From: an uncultured Chloroflexia bacterium
Lineage (GTDB): Bacteria > Chloroflexota > Limnocylindria > Limnocylindrales > CSP1-4
Length of the DNA: 64,000 bases
Direction of reading: 5' to 3'
Assembly (NCBI GenBank): GCA_963713975.1
Contig: OY970218.1
Location: 3,560,742-3,624,741 of the forward strand
In this document: positions 37,493 through 47,588 of the stretch, piece after piece
Position numbering within the stretch: position 1 is the first letter of the stretch
Layout of the letters: each line of letters begins with the position of its first letter
Translations under genes and position numbers: made by a program
Notes under the pieces: model-generated
Database searches by the model: none
What the model saw: the letters and a program-made list of their open reading frames with translations, nothing else
What the model was told of the DNA's origin: nothing

Positions 37493-38776
37493 TCAGGGCG
37501 CCACTGATGGCGACGGTCCCAGGAATCCTGTCGGCGATGCCGGCGGGGCCGGCGTCGGACGCTCGGTGACTGTCACGGTGATGGTATCGGGCGAGGTGGC
37601 GGCGACGGTCACGGTCGACGGCAGCGTGGGGATCACGGGCACTTCGTGCGTGCCCGGATCCAGGCCGCTGACGTTGAGGGAGATCACGATCGGCGACGAG
37701 GCGAGACGGTCGAGGTCGGCGGTCGAGCCGAACAGCGTGAGGAGCACGCTCAGCTCAGAGGCCTCGTACTGCAGGCTGGGGCTCCGCCCGTCCAGGCTCA
37801 GCCCGGCCAGGAAGGTGCGCGTCTCGGTAACGGCCTCGACGCGGACCGTGACGGTCGCCGTCTGGGGGCCGATCACCGTCACCCCGGCCGGCAGCGAGAA
37901 TGCCACCTGGCGAGTCACGTCGCGCGTCGCCCCGGACACGATGACGGGATCCGTGTCGGCTGCGGTCAGCTCCGAGATCTGGTCCTGGTCACCCTCGACC
38001 GACACCACGAGCGGTTCGACATCCACCGAGGACACCCGGAACCCGCTTCCCGGCGTGCCCGTGACGATCGGGTTGACGGGGACCGTGCGGCTCTGCTTGT
38101 CCGTGTAGACGGGGATGGTGACGTGGACCAGCGCGGGCTCGATGTCGACACCGGTCACGGTCTCGCCCGCTATGTCCACCGCCTCGGGCGCGATGTCCCG
38201 GTCCACGTCGAGCGCGCTGGCATCGATCGACGCGCTGACACGCGCGGCAACGACCCGGCCGACGGCGGCGGACGGCCCGCTGACGCGGACGGTGGCCGGC
38301 GTCACGGTGACCTCGCCCACCTCCACCCCTGCGGGCGGTGTCGCCTGGACCACGGCGACCTCGACCGCCTTGGTCACGAGCTCGTCGAGCACCACGTTGA
38401 TGGACCTGGGCTGCACTTCGAGGATGGTCACGCGCGGGTCGACGGCAGTCAGCTGGACCGGCACCGCCACCGGCTCGACGGCCGGCTGGACGTTGGCCAG
38501 GTCGATGGTGGCCCGGAAGTCCTCGGCCTGGAGGCGCCCCAGGTCCGCCGGAGCGATGTAGCGGACCTCGCTGACATCCCGCAGCTGGTTCGTGATGACG
38601 GTTCCGGCCGGCTGATTGACGGGCGTGACGGTGATGGGACCGACGTAGGTGTCGCTGTCCTGGGACGCGACGAGCCCGGCGTAGAGGATCGTGGCCAGCA
38701 CGATGGCTGCGAGCTTGAGCGGCCAGTTATGGACGATCGTCCGTCCAAGCCGCCGGGCCGTGCGTCGCGCGCTCAC
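37493..38776 (-). CDS. cdaR: CdaR/YbbR-domain regulator of diadenylate cyclase
   Basis: HNWPLKLAAIVLA TM helix followed by repeated beta-rich YbbR-like domains; between cdaA and glmM. Confidence 0.88.
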   Translation of the reverse strand: MSARRTARRLGRTIVHNWPLKLAAIVLATILYAGLVASQDSDTYVGPITVTPVNQPAGTVITNQLRDVSEVRYIAPADLGRLQAEDFRATIDLANVQPAVEPVAVPVQLTAVDPRVTILEVQPRSINVVLDELVTKAVEVAVVQATPPAGVEVGEVTVTPATVRVSGPSAAVGRVVAARVSASIDASALDVDRDIAPEAVDIAGETVTGVDIEPALVHVTIPVYTDKQSRTVPVNPIVTGTPGSGFRVSSVDVEPLVVSVEGDQDQISELTAADTDPVIVSGATRDVTRQVAFSLPAGVTVIGPQTATVTVRVEAVTETRTFLAGLSLDGRSPSLQYEASELSVLLTLFGSTADLDRLASSPIVISLNVSGLDPGTHEVPVIPTLPSTVTVAATSPDTITVTVTERPTPAPPASPTGFLGPSPSVAP

Positions 38777-39771
38777 GGGTTGGGTGCCGCGGCAGCGGCG
38801 CTCTCATCGGCGGGCTGGTCCTGGCCCGCCGCGGGGGGTGCCGGCGACGGCGCCTCGGGGGCCGGCGACGGCGTCTCGGACGTCCCGGACGGCGCCTCGG
38901 GAGCCGGCGCGACGTGGCCGCGTCGCCGCGCGATCCGAAGGCGTCCCTCCGCCCGCCGCGAGGCCGATCCACCAAGGCTCAGGCCCCCGGGGACGGAGGG
39001 GGCCTCGAGGAGCGAAGTCAGCGCCCGGGCAAGCTGGGCCTCGCTTGGGACGCGGACGATCCGTGCCCGTTCCACGAGGCTCATCTGGCCGTTCTCCTCG
39101 GAGACGACCACGGCGATCGCATCCGTCTGCTCGGTGATCCCGAGGGCGGCCCGATGACGGGTTCCGTAGCGCTCCGAGAGCGTCATCTCGGTGAGCGGGA
39201 GCAGGGCCGCAGCTGCCAGGATCGCATCGTCGCGGATGATCACCGCGCCGTCGTGAAGCTCGGTGCGCGGCATGAAGATCGTGCACAGGAGCTCGTGCGA
39301 CAGGTCGGAATGGAGCATCACCCCGGTCTCTGCGATCTCCCCCAGGCCGGTTTCGCGCTCCAGCACGATCAGTGCACCGTGACCATCGTGCGATAGCTGT
39401 CCGGCGGCCCGGGAGACCTCGGCCGCGACATGCTCGACGCGCCGCTGTGCGGCGGGCGCGAACAGCCGGCCGACCTCACCGACACGTCCGATCCGCTCCA
39501 GCGCGCGCCGCAGCTCGGGCTGGAAGACGACCACCAGCGCGAACAACCCCACTACGGCGCCCGCCTGGAGCAGCTGCGTGAACAGGCGCAGCCCGATGAA
39601 CTGGGCGAGGGCATATACGCCCAGGAGGACCGTCACGCCGATCACGAGTGTCACGGCGCGGGTACCGCGGATCAGGCTGAACAGCCAGTAGATGAAGAGC
39701 GCCGTGATGGCAATGTCGAGCAGGGTCGTCAGCGTGTTCTGCCGGACGAGCGAGTCGACAAACGGGAGCAT
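38773..39771 (-). CDS. cdaA: Diadenylate cyclase CdaA
   Basis: 3 N-terminal TMs, VVFQPELRRALE, LHDGA, GTRHRAA, VVSEE. Confidence 0.94.
   Translation of the reverse strand: MLPFVDSLVRQNTLTTLLDIAITALFIYWLFSLIRGTRAVTLVIGVTVLLGVYALAQFIGLRLFTQLLQAGAVVGLFALVVVFQPELRRALERIGRVGEVGRLFAPAAQRRVEHVAAEVSRAAGQLSHDGHGALIVLERETGLGEIAETGVMLHSDLSHELLCTIFMPRTELHDGAVIIRDDAILAAAALLPLTEMTLSERYGTRHRAALGITEQTDAIAVVVSEENGQMSLVERARIVRVPSEAQLARALTSLLEAPSVPGGLSLGGSASRRAEGRLRIARRRGHVAPAPEAPSGTSETPSPAPEAPSPAPPAAGQDQPADESAAAAAPNP
38840..38909. repeat. Imperfect 21-bp tandem repeat (3.3 copies) in the cdaA 3' end
   Basis: GCCGGCGACGGCGCCTCGGGG / GCCGGCGACGGCGTCTCGGAC / GTCCCGGACGGCGCCTCGGGA / GCCGGCG. Confidence 0.7.
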
Positions 39772-39848
39772 CCTCGGGCGAGTGTACAACGGGCATCCTG
39801 CCGCCCGGCTGCCGGGTCCGCCGGGCGGGATCCCGCAGCCGGCCGGGC

Positions 39849-40826
39849 TCAGGCGCGCCCGGCCCTCGCGGCGGCGACGCGACCGACAGCTTCGTCGTCG
39901 TCGCCCAGCCCGACAAGCCGGTCCAGCAGGTCCAGCTTCTCGGTGGCCAGGGCCGACCAGCCGTGGTCGTCGTAGAGCTCGACCAGGGCGAGGTGCAGCC
40001 CGACGTGGTCCTGGCCGAGGGAGAGAGCGGCATAGCACGCGTCCATCGCGGCCGCCGGACGACCCGCCGACCGGTTGACGGAGGCGAGGTCGAGCAGGCG
40101 CTCGAACGCGATGTCGGGGTCACCGGCGTCGATCGCGGCCTCGGCGGCAGCCTCGAGGTCGGCGGCGTCCACGCCGGCCGGGATGTCCCGATCCAGCGCG
40201 GACCGGTGGACGATGGCTGCCTGCGGCGGCTCCGCCACGGCCTGCGGCTCCATACCGGTTCCGGCATCGACCGTCGTCTGGCCGCCCGTCCCGCCCGGAC
40301 CATCGGGTGCGGGCACGGCGACCGCCCGACCCTCCAGCACCACGAGGGCACGCTCGAGCGCGAGCTGACCCGGCTTGTCGGGCTCCGAGGCACGCAGGCG
40401 GGCGATCAGCCGCTCGAGGGTCCGACGCCGCTCCCGGCCCTCCGCGAGCTCGAGTCCCCGCCGGGCCGCGTCCACCGCGTCGGCCAGCCTCGCCTCGGTG
40501 ACCGTCGCCCCTGCGAGCCGGTCGAACGCCTCGGCGGCCTCGAGGCGGCGGCCGAGGTCGGCGAGCGCGTGCGCCCTGCCGGCAAGGGCCGGCTCGTAGC
40601 GCGGTGCGAGCCGCAGCGCCGCCTCGTGGCAGCGGAGTGCCTCGGCCGGGCGCCGGGCGCGCGCGAGGGCCGCACCGGCAGCCGTGTGAGGGGTCGGTCG
40701 CTCGGGCGCGATGGCGGACGCCTCGGCGTACGCGTCCAGCGCGTCCTGGAGCCGCCCGCGGAGGGATGCGACGTGGCCGCGCTTGAGCGCATCCTTGTAT
40801 CGCTCGTACAGCGCCTCGTCGCTCAT
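39849..40826 (-). CDS. Tetratricopeptide-repeat protein
   Basis: ALDAYAEASAIAP, ALRCHEAALRLAP and similar TPR-like helices; GGAGG RBS. Confidence 0.8.
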   Translation of the reverse strand: MSDEALYERYKDALKRGHVASLRGRLQDALDAYAEASAIAPERPTPHTAAGAALARARRPAEALRCHEAALRLAPRYEPALAGRAHALADLGRRLEAAEAFDRLAGATVTEARLADAVDAARRGLELAEGRERRRTLERLIARLRASEPDKPGQLALERALVVLEGRAVAVPAPDGPGGTGGQTTVDAGTGMEPQAVAEPPQAAIVHRSALDRDIPAGVDAADLEAAAEAAIDAGDPDIAFERLLDLASVNRSAGRPAAAMDACYAALSLGQDHVGLHLALVELYDDHGWSALATEKLDLLDRLVGLGDDDEAVGRVAAARAGRA

Positions 40827-40857
40827 CGCCTGTCCTCCCGGCCCATCAACCCGCCGC

Positions 40858-41796
40858 TCAGCCGGCCAGCAGCTCGACAAGCAGCGCCTTCTGCGCGTGC
40901 AGCCGGTTCTCGGACTGCTCGAAGATGATGCTCCTCGGGCCGTCCATGACATCGGAGGTGATCTCCTCGCCCCGGTGCGCCGGCAGGCAGTGCATCACGA
41001 CCGCGTCGGGCGCGGCCGCGAGTAGCCCGCCATTCACCTGGTAGGGCGCGAAGGAATCGCGACGTTCCTCCGCCTCGGCCTCCTGGCCCATCGACGTCCA
41101 GGCGTCCGTGTAGACCGCCGCGGCTCCGTCCACGGCTTCGCGCGGGTCGGCCGAGAAGGCGAGCCGGGCGCCAGTCCGCGTGGCGATCTCCCGGGCACGC
41201 GCCACGATCCGCTCGTTGGGCCCATAACCCACCGGGTGCGCGAGACGCACCTCCATCCCCAGGGTCGCACCCATCAGGGCCAGCGAGTGGTACACGTTAT
41301 TGCCATCCCCGACGAACGCCAGCACGACCCCCCTCAAGTCGCCGAACCGCTCGTGGAGCGTGAACAGGTCGGCCAGCGCCTGGCACGGGTGCTCGCGGAT
41401 GGTGAGGCCGTTGATCACCGGGATCGATGCCCGTGCGGCGAGCTCCACGACCACCTCGTGGGGACCGGTGCGGGCCATGATCCCGTCCACGAAGCGCTCC
41501 AGGTTACGCGCGACGTCCCCCACCGTCTCACGCCCTCCGAGGACGACGCCCTCGGTCAGATAGATCGCATGACCCCCGAGCTGGGTCATCCCGGCCTCGA
41601 ACGTCACCCTCGTCCGGAGGCTCGGCTTCTGGAACAGCATCGCCAGGGTGCGCCGCTCCAGGGGCGGGTTCGCGTGTCGCCGCTCCGTGGCGTACTCGGC
41701 CTTGAGCTCCACCGCACGCGTGAACAGGCGCCGGATCTCGTCCGCCGTCAGGTCGGCCGCGCTCACCAGGTTCCGTCCGCGAAGGCTGCTGGTCAT
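40858..41796 (-). CDS. argF: Ornithine carbamoyltransferase
   Basis: FQKPSLRTRVTF, HPCQALAD, VGDGNNV, TDAWTSMGQE, MHCLPAHRGEE. Confidence 0.95.
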   Translation of the reverse strand: MTSSLRGRNLVSAADLTADEIRRLFTRAVELKAEYATERRHANPPLERRTLAMLFQKPSLRTRVTFEAGMTQLGGHAIYLTEGVVLGGRETVGDVARNLERFVDGIMARTGPHEVVVELAARASIPVINGLTIREHPCQALADLFTLHERFGDLRGVVLAFVGDGNNVYHSLALMGATLGMEVRLAHPVGYGPNERIVARAREIATRTGARLAFSADPREAVDGAAAVYTDAWTSMGQEAEAEERRDSFAPYQVNGGLLAAAPDAVVMHCLPAHRGEEITSDVMDGPRSIIFEQSENRLHAQKALLVELLAG

Positions 41797-41820
41797 GGGT
41801 CTCAGTGCTCCTGGGCCGGG

Positions 41821-41864
41821 AAAGGCAATCGCCCGCGCCGCCGGACGGACCGGGGCGCGGGCGA
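41821..41864 (-). terminator. Probable intrinsic terminator after rpsI
   Basis: TCGCCCGCGCC...GGCGCGGGCGA stem followed on the minus strand by TTGCCTTT. Confidence 0.6.
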
Positions 41865-41901
41865 CATCATCGCTTGTCTGGCGGCCGTGCCGCGGCGATG
41901 T

Positions 41902-42300
41902 CTAGCGCTTGGTGTACTGGGGGGCCTTGCGGGCGCGCTTGAGGCCGTACTTCTTGCGCTCCTTCATCCGCGGGTCGCGGGTCAGGAGGCCGGCCTGGCG
42001 GAGCGGCACGCGGTTGGTCTCCGGGTCGATCTGCAGCAGGGCGCGTGCGATCCCGTGGCGGATGGCGCCGGCCTGACCCGTGGTCCCGCCGCCCTCGACC
42101 TTGATCAGCACGTTGTAGCGGCCCTCGGTCCCGGTAACCCGGAACGGGAGGAACAGCTCCGCCTCACCGAGGATCCCGCCGAAGTGCTCCTCCGGAGTCC
42201 GTCCGTTGACGACCATCTGGCCCTCACCGGGGATGAGGCGAACGCGGGCCACCGCCGTCTTGCGGCGGCCGGTGCCCCAATAGAACGCGGGCGTCGACAT
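41902..42300 (-). CDS. rpsI: 30S ribosomal protein S9
   Basis: [31 protein letters not shown]. Confidence 0.98.
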   Translation of the reverse strand: MSTPAFYWGTGRRKTAVARVRLIPGEGQMVVNGRTPEEHFGGILGEAELFLPFRVTGTEGRYNVLIKVEGGGTTGQAGAIRHGIARALLQIDPETNRVPLRQAGLLTRDPRMKERKKYGLKRARKAPQYTKR

Positions 42301-42752
42301 CAGCGCTCCTTGATCACGCGAGCGGCGAGCGGCTCGGGCTTCTGGGCCTGGTGCGGGTGGTCATTCCCCGCGTAGACCTTGAGCTTCCGGAGCATCTGGG
42401 TTCCCAGGCGGTTGTGCGGCAGCATCCCCTTCACAGTCCGGCGGATGACCTCCTCCGGACGGCGGTTGAGAAGATGACCCAAGGTCTCCTCCTTGAACCC
42501 GCCGGGATAGCCGCTGTGACGGGCGTAGACCTTGGACGTCAGCTTGTCCTTGGTCACGGTGATCCGCGACGCGTTGAGGACGATGACGTGGTCTCCGCTG
42601 TCCATATGCGGGACATAGGTGGGCTTGTGCTTGCCCTCGAGAACATGCGCGATCCGCGTCGCAAGGCGGCCGAGCGTCTCGTCCGTCGCGTCGACGACGT
42701 ACCAGCGTCGCTCGATCTCGCTCTCTCGAGGCGTATAGGTCTTCGCGCTCAT
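42300..42752 (-). CDS. rplM: 50S ribosomal protein L13
   Basis: WYVVDA, LGRLA, GKHKPTY.PH.D.GD, HSGYPGG, KGMLP. Confidence 0.98.
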   Translation of the reverse strand: MSAKTYTPRESEIERRWYVVDATDETLGRLATRIAHVLEGKHKPTYVPHMDSGDHVIVLNASRITVTKDKLTSKVYARHSGYPGGFKEETLGHLLNRRPEEVIRRTVKGMLPHNRLGTQMLRKLKVYAGNDHPHQAQKPEPLAARVIKER

Positions 42753-43507
42753 TCCTCGTCTTCCTTGTCGTCCGTGCTCCGCCGTCCCAGGACGACGCGC
42801 CGGAGGCACAGCCCCTTTGCCGGGGCGGCTGCCCCGTTGAAGGCCGGCTCCCGCCCGGCGAGCGCCGCGCGGACTGCCGCTTCATCGATCTTGCCCGTGC
42901 CGACCTCCAGGAGTCCGGCAACCATGCGTCGCACCTGCCCCCGGAGGAACGAGTCCCCCCTGACGTCGATCGTCACGAGGTGACCCTTCTTCCGAACCCG
43001 GACCATGTGAACGGTCCGGACCGGTGACCGGTCCCCGCCCCCGAAGGCCGAGAAGTCGTGCCGGCCCTCGAAGACCGACCCGGCGCTCGCCATGGCGGCG
43101 ATGTCGAGCGGGGCCCGTAACCCGAGCGCAGAGCGCTCGCGCAGCGGACTTCGCGGCCCGTTCCAGACGGTGTAGCGATACTCCCGGTACCGCGCCGCAT
43201 AGCGGGGTTGGAACCCGTCGGGCGCCCGCCGCAGGTCGCGGATCGCGACATCCGGCGGAAGCAGGGCGTTGACCGCCCGCTGGAGCCTCGACCCGGGAAC
43301 CGCGCCGTCGTAGGTGAATGCGATCACCTGCCCGGTGGCGTGGACCCCTGTGTCGGTGCGTCCGGCCCCGTCGACCACCACCCGCTCGCCCCGGTTGAGG
43401 CGGGCGAGAGCGATCTCGAGCTCTCCCTGGACCGACCGGGCGTTCAGCTGGAGCTGAAACCCGGCAAAGTCCGTTCCGTCGTATTCACACCGGGCGCGGT
43501 AACGCAC
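42749..43507 (-). CDS. truA: tRNA pseudouridine(38-40) synthase
   Basis: [38 protein letters not shown]. Confidence 0.96.
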   Translation of the reverse strand: MRYRARCEYDGTDFAGFQLQLNARSVQGELEIALARLNRGERVVVDGAGRTDTGVHATGQVIAFTYDGAVPGSRLQRAVNALLPPDVAIRDLRRAPDGFQPRYAARYREYRYTVWNGPRSPLRERSALGLRAPLDIAAMASAGSVFEGRHDFSAFGGGDRSPVRTVHMVRVRKKGHLVTIDVRGDSFLRGQVRRMVAGLLEVGTGKIDEAAVRAALAGREPAFNGAAAPAKGLCLRRVVLGRRSTDDKEDEE

Positions 43508-43550
43508 GGCGCGCCCTCTCGAGCGCTCTTCGTCCGGATCGGGCCGTCGG

Positions 43551-43907
43551 TCAGACGAGCTCGATCTGGAAGATCTCGGCGGCGTCGCCCTTGCGCTGGC
43601 CGATGTGCACGAGACGGGTGAACCCCGACTGCCGATCGGCGTACTTGGGGGCGATCACGTCGAACAGCTTCGCAATGACGAGCGGCTCGTTCGGAAGCTC
43701 CGAGACGACCGTCCGCCTGGCGGCGAGATCCCCGCGCTTGGCGAGCGTGATCATGCGCTCCACCCTGCCGCGGATTTCCTTGGCCTTGGCCTCGGTGGTC
43801 TGCACCCGCTCGTAGCGGAGGACCGAGACCGTCAGGTTCTTGTAGAGGGCGAGGCGCGGACCGCGCTTGCGGGAGAGCTTGCGGCCGTCGATCCGATGGG
43901 AAGACAT
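43551..43907 (-). CDS. rplQ: 50S ribosomal protein L17
   Basis: RKLSR, TTEAKAKE, ITLAK, R.GDAA. Confidence 0.97.
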   Translation of the reverse strand: MSSHRIDGRKLSRKRGPRLALYKNLTVSVLRYERVQTTEAKAKEIRGRVERMITLAKRGDLAARRTVVSELPNEPLVIAKLFDVIAPKYADRQSGFTRLVHIGQRKGDAAEIFQIELV

Positions 43908-43910
43908 GGC

Positions 43911-44909
43911 TCAGGCCTCCTCGTCGCCGTCGAACGGTGCTTCCGCGTCGTCGTCCTCGCCCAGCTCGACGTCAATCTCGGACTCGGGGAGGATGAAGCC
44001 ACGCATGCGAAGGCGCTCCTTCATCTCGTCCAGCGACTTCTTGCCGAAGTTGCGCATTCGGAGGAGGTCGTCGTCCTTCAGCTGGAGCAGCTGCCCGACC
44101 TTGACGATGTTGTTGCGCTTGAGGGAGTTGTAGGCCCGCATCGGCAGGTCAAGCTCCTCGATCGGCATGTCCAGCATGTTCGGGGGGAGCTGCGGGACGC
44201 CGGCCGCCGCCCGATCAGGAGCCACGGTCGGCACGCCGATGGTCACGAACGGCTGGAACTGGCGCACGAGCGTGTCCGCGGATCGCGACAGTGCCTCCTC
44301 GGGCGTGATCGTGCCGTCGGTCTCGATCTCGATCGTGAGCTTGTCGTAGTTGGTCATCTGGCCAACCCGCATGCCCTCGACCCAGTAGTTGACCTTGCGG
44401 ACCGGCGTGAAGATCGCGTCGACCGCGATGACCCCGATGGGCAGGGCCTCGGAGCGCTCCGCGGCCAGGTAGCCGACACCGCGCTCGATCGTCAGGTCCA
44501 TCTCGATCGTCACGTCGTCCGAGTCGATCGTCATGAGGACGAGCTCGGGGTTGACGATCTCGATGTCGGCAGACTCGGCGATGTCGGCAACCATCACCGG
44601 ACCGGCCCCGCTCTTGATGAGCCGGAGCTGGACGGGGTGAGACGCGAAGCTCTTGAGGCGGATCTTCTTGACATTCAGGACGATCTGGGTGACGTCTTCC
44701 TTGACGCCGGGGATCGTCGAGAACTCCTGGTACACGTCGCGGATCTGGATGGACGTCACGGCCGCGCCCTCGAGCGAGGACAGGAGCACGCGCCGGAGCG
44801 CATTGCCGAGCGTGACGCCGTAGCCCGCCTGGAGCGGACCGGCCTCGTACTTGGCGTATGTGCCGGCCTCCGCCACGGGCTCGATCTGCGGGGTCTCGAG
44901 TTCGATCAT
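43911..44909 (-). CDS. rpoA: RNA polymerase subunit alpha
   Basis: GYGVTLGNALRRVLLSSL, GVKEDV, RAYNSLKR, NFGKKSLDE; acidic tail. Confidence 0.98.
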   Translation of the reverse strand: MIELETPQIEPVAEAGTYAKYEAGPLQAGYGVTLGNALRRVLLSSLEGAAVTSIQIRDVYQEFSTIPGVKEDVTQIVLNVKKIRLKSFASHPVQLRLIKSGAGPVMVADIAESADIEIVNPELVLMTIDSDDVTIEMDLTIERGVGYLAAERSEALPIGVIAVDAIFTPVRKVNYWVEGMRVGQMTNYDKLTIEIETDGTITPEEALSRSADTLVRQFQPFVTIGVPTVAPDRAAAGVPQLPPNMLDMPIEELDLPMRAYNSLKRNNIVKVGQLLQLKDDDLLRMRNFGKKSLDEMKERLRMRGFILPESEIDVELGEDDDAEAPFDGDEEA

Positions 44910-44918
44910 GAAGGGCAT

Positions 44919-45545
44919 CTACCTCGAGTAGTACTCGACCACGAGCTGCTCATTGAAGTCGAGCGGCATCTGGTCGCGGCGCGGCATGGCAATCACGGAA
45001 CCGGCGAGCTTGCCGGCATCCAGGCTCAGCCAGTCAGGCGCCTGGTGCGAGCGAAGGGTCTCCTTCACCGTCTTGAACAGCTCTCGCTCGTGATGCGAGG
45101 TGCGAACCTCGATCCGGTCCCCGATCTTGGTCGAGTAGGACGGGATGTTGGTCGGCACGCCGTTCACGGCGAAGTGGCCGTGGGCCACCATCTGCCGGGC
45201 CGCCGCGCGTGATGGCGCGAAGCCCAGGCGGAAGACGACGTTGTCAAGGCGCAGCTCGAGCGAGCGAAGGAGCGATTCGCCGGTGACACCGGAGTGGCGG
45301 GTGGCCTCGATGAAGTAGTTGCGGAACTGCTTCTCGAGGACGCCGTAGACACGGCGGACCTTCTGCTTCTCGCGAAGCTGGAGGCCGTAGTCGCCAACCT
45401 TGCGGCGGCGGACACCGTGTTGGCCCGGCGGCGTCGGGCGCCGCTCGAACGAGCACTTCTTGGAATAGCAGCGGCTTCCCTTCAGGAAGAGCTTGAGCCC
45501 TTCCCGGCGGCAGAGCCGGCAGACAGCATCGGTATATCGGGCCAT
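44919..45545 (-). CDS. rpsD: 30S ribosomal protein S4 (zinc type)
   Basis: [35 protein letters not shown]. Confidence 0.98.
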   Translation of the reverse strand: MARYTDAVCRLCRREGLKLFLKGSRCYSKKCSFERRPTPPGQHGVRRRKVGDYGLQLREKQKVRRVYGVLEKQFRNYFIEATRHSGVTGESLLRSLELRLDNVVFRLGFAPSRAAARQMVAHGHFAVNGVPTNIPSYSTKIGDRIEVRTSHHERELFKTVKETLRSHQAPDWLSLDAGKLAGSVIAMPRRDQMPLDFNEQLVVEYYSR

Positions 45546-45558
45546 GGTCTCTCGGTGC

Positions 45559-45954
45559 TCAGACGCGGCGCCGCTTGGGCGGGCGGCATCCATTGTGAGG
45601 AATGGGCGTGACGTCGGTGATCGCGCTCACCTCGAGACCGGCGGCCTGCAGCGAGCGGATGGCCTGCTCCCGGCCGGCGCCCGGTCCCTTGACGTAGACC
45701 TCGACCTGGCGCATGCCGTGCTCCATCGCGCGGCGCGCAGCCCCGTCGGCGGCCAGCGCCGCGGCGTAGGGTGTGCTCTTCCGGGAGCCCTTGAACCCGG
45801 CGATGCCAGCGGAACCCCACGAGATGACGTTCCCGGTGAGATCCGTGATCGTCACGATCGTGTTGTTGAAGCTCGCCAGAATGTGGACGTGTCCCTGGGG
45901 GACGTTCTTCCGCTCCCGGCGCCGCTGCTTTACGGCGCGCTTTCGATCGGCCAT
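45559..45954 (-). CDS. rpsK: 30S ribosomal protein S11
   Basis: [39 protein letters not shown]. Confidence 0.99.
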   Translation of the reverse strand: MADRKRAVKQRRRERKNVPQGHVHILASFNNTIVTITDLTGNVISWGSAGIAGFKGSRKSTPYAAALAADGAARRAMEHGMRQVEVYVKGPGAGREQAIRSLQAAGLEVSAITDVTPIPHNGCRPPKRRRV

Positions 45955-45971
45955 GCCTTAGCGGTTCCTCG

Positions 45972-46346
45972 TCACTTTGTCTTCTTCCGGGCGCCAACCG
46001 TCTTCTTCGGGCCCCGGCGCTGGCGGGCGTTGGTCTTGGTTCGCTGCCCCCGGACGGGGAGGTTGCGGCGGTGCCGCAGGCCGCGGTACGACCCGATCTC
46101 GATGAGGCGCTTGATGTTCAGCGCCACCTCGCGTCGGAGGTCGCCCTCGACCTTGAACGTGCGGTCGATGACCTCCCGGAGCCGGTTGACCTGCTCTTCC
46201 GTGAGGTCCCGGACACGCGTGTCCGGGTTGACGCTGGTCTGCTTGAGGATCTTCTGGCTGGATGACAGCCCGACTCCGTAGATATAGGTGAGCGCGATCT
46301 CGACGCGCTTCTCGCGCGGGATGTCGATACCGGCGATACGTGCCAT
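45972..46346 (-). CDS. rpsM: 30S ribosomal protein S13
   Basis: [30 protein letters not shown]. Confidence 0.99.
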   Translation of the reverse strand: MARIAGIDIPREKRVEIALTYIYGVGLSSSQKILKQTSVNPDTRVRDLTEEQVNRLREVIDRTFKVEGDLRREVALNIKRLIEIGSYRGLRHRRNLPVRGQRTKTNARQRRGPKKTVGARKKTK

Positions 46347-46350
46347 AACG

Positions 46351-46464
46351 TCAGCCCTGCCGCTGCTTGTGCTTGGGGTTCTCGCAGATAACCATCACGG
46401 TGCCGTGGCGCCGGATGATCTTGCAGTTGTCGCACCGCGTCTTGACGGACGCTCTGACCTTCAC
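46351..46464 (-). CDS. rpmJ: 50S ribosomal protein L36 (below the ORF-track size cutoff)
   Basis: Manual translation: (M)[36 protein letters not shown]. Confidence 0.97.
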   Translation of the reverse strand: MKVRASVKTRCDNCKIIRRHGTVMVICENPKHKQRQG

Positions 46465-46476
46465 CGGGTTCCTCGA

Positions 46477-46695
46477 CTACTTCAGGCGGTAGGTGATTCG
46501 ACCCCTGGTGAGGTCGTAAGGAGACAGTTCAACGCGGACCCGGTCCCCGGGCAGGATCCGGATGAAGTTCATCCGGAGCTTGCCGCTGATGTGCGCGAGG
46601 ACGCGATGACCGTTCTCGAGCTCCACCGCGAACATCGTGTTCGGCAGCGGCTCGATGACGGTTCCCTCGACTTCGATCGCGTCCTTCTTCGCCAA
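46477..46695 (-). CDS. infA: Translation initiation factor IF-1
   Basis: TTG start; [35 protein letters not shown]. Confidence 0.98.
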   Translation of the reverse strand: MAKKDAIEVEGTVIEPLPNTMFAVELENGHRVLAHISGKLRMNFIRILPGDRVRVELSPYDLTRGRITYRLK

Positions 46696-46723
46696 CCTTG
46701 CTCCCTGGTCCTTCTCAGCACGA

Positions 46724-46786
46724 GTGTCGGCCCGTCCGGGCCGACACACGAACGGTGAGGATATCAAAGCTGAGCCGATCCGACAA
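46724..46786 (-). promoter_or_regulatory. Internal promoter plus 5' stem-loop for infA-rpmJ-alpha genes
   Basis: TTGTCG-N17-TATCCT with TG extension (46758-46786); GTGTCGGCCC-GGAC-GGGCCGACAC hairpin at 46724-46747. Confidence 0.6.
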
Positions 46787-46798
46787 CACTGGACCCTC

Positions 46799-47587
46799 CT
46801 AGACCGCCGTCAGGATCTCGGGCCCGTCGGCCGTGATCGCGATCGTGTGCTCGTAGTGGGCGGACAGGGACCGGTCGACGGTGACGACCGTCCAGGCGTC
46901 CTCGAGCGTCTCGGTGGCCTCGGCGCCGAGCGTGAACATCGGCTCGATCGCGAGGCAGTGGCCGACGGCCAGCTCGATGCCGGGCGACCGCGAGCGGAAG
47001 TTGGGGACCTGCGGATCCTCGTGCATGGAGGTGCCGATCCCGTGGCCCACGTACTGGCGGACGATGCCGAAGCCACCGGCCAGCGCCACGTCCTCCACCG
47101 CGGCCGAGATGTGACCGATCCGGTTGCCCGGCACGGCGGCAGCGATTCCCGCCATGAGCGACAGGCGCGTCGCCTGCAGCAGGCGCACCGCGCCGGGGCT
47201 TCCGGCCGCCTCGCCCCCGCAGATGAAGCTGCGGGCACCATCACCGTGCCAGCCATCGTAGATCACGCCGACGTCCACCGAGACGATCTGGCCGGCAAGG
47301 ACCTCGCGGTCGCCCGGGATCCCGTGGACGATCTCGTGATCGATCGAGATGCAGGTGGATGCCGGATACGCATGGGGATCACGGGCGTCGTACCGCCGGC
47401 CCCCCAGGTAGCCCAGGAAGGACGGGATGCCGTCCGACGCCCGGATGTGGCGCTCGGCGTCACGGTCCAGCTCGGCGGTGGAGATGCCGGGCCTGAGGCT
47501 CTCCTCCACCAGGGCGAGCACCTCGGCGACGATTCGGCCGGCCGATCGCATCCGGGCGATCTCGGCCTTGGACTTGCGGGTGATCAT
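46799..47587 (-). CDS. map: Methionine aminopeptidase type I
   Basis: [38 protein letters not shown]. Confidence 0.97.
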   Translation of the reverse strand: MITRKSKAEIARMRSAGRIVAEVLALVEESLRPGISTAELDRDAERHIRASDGIPSFLGYLGGRRYDARDPHAYPASTCISIDHEIVHGIPGDREVLAGQIVSVDVGVIYDGWHGDGARSFICGGEAAGSPGAVRLLQATRLSLMAGIAAAVPGNRIGHISAAVEDVALAGGFGIVRQYVGHGIGTSMHEDPQVPNFRSRSPGIELAVGHCLAIEPMFTLGAEATETLEDAWTVVTVDRSLSAHYEHTIAITADGPEILTAV

Positions 47588-47588
47588 C

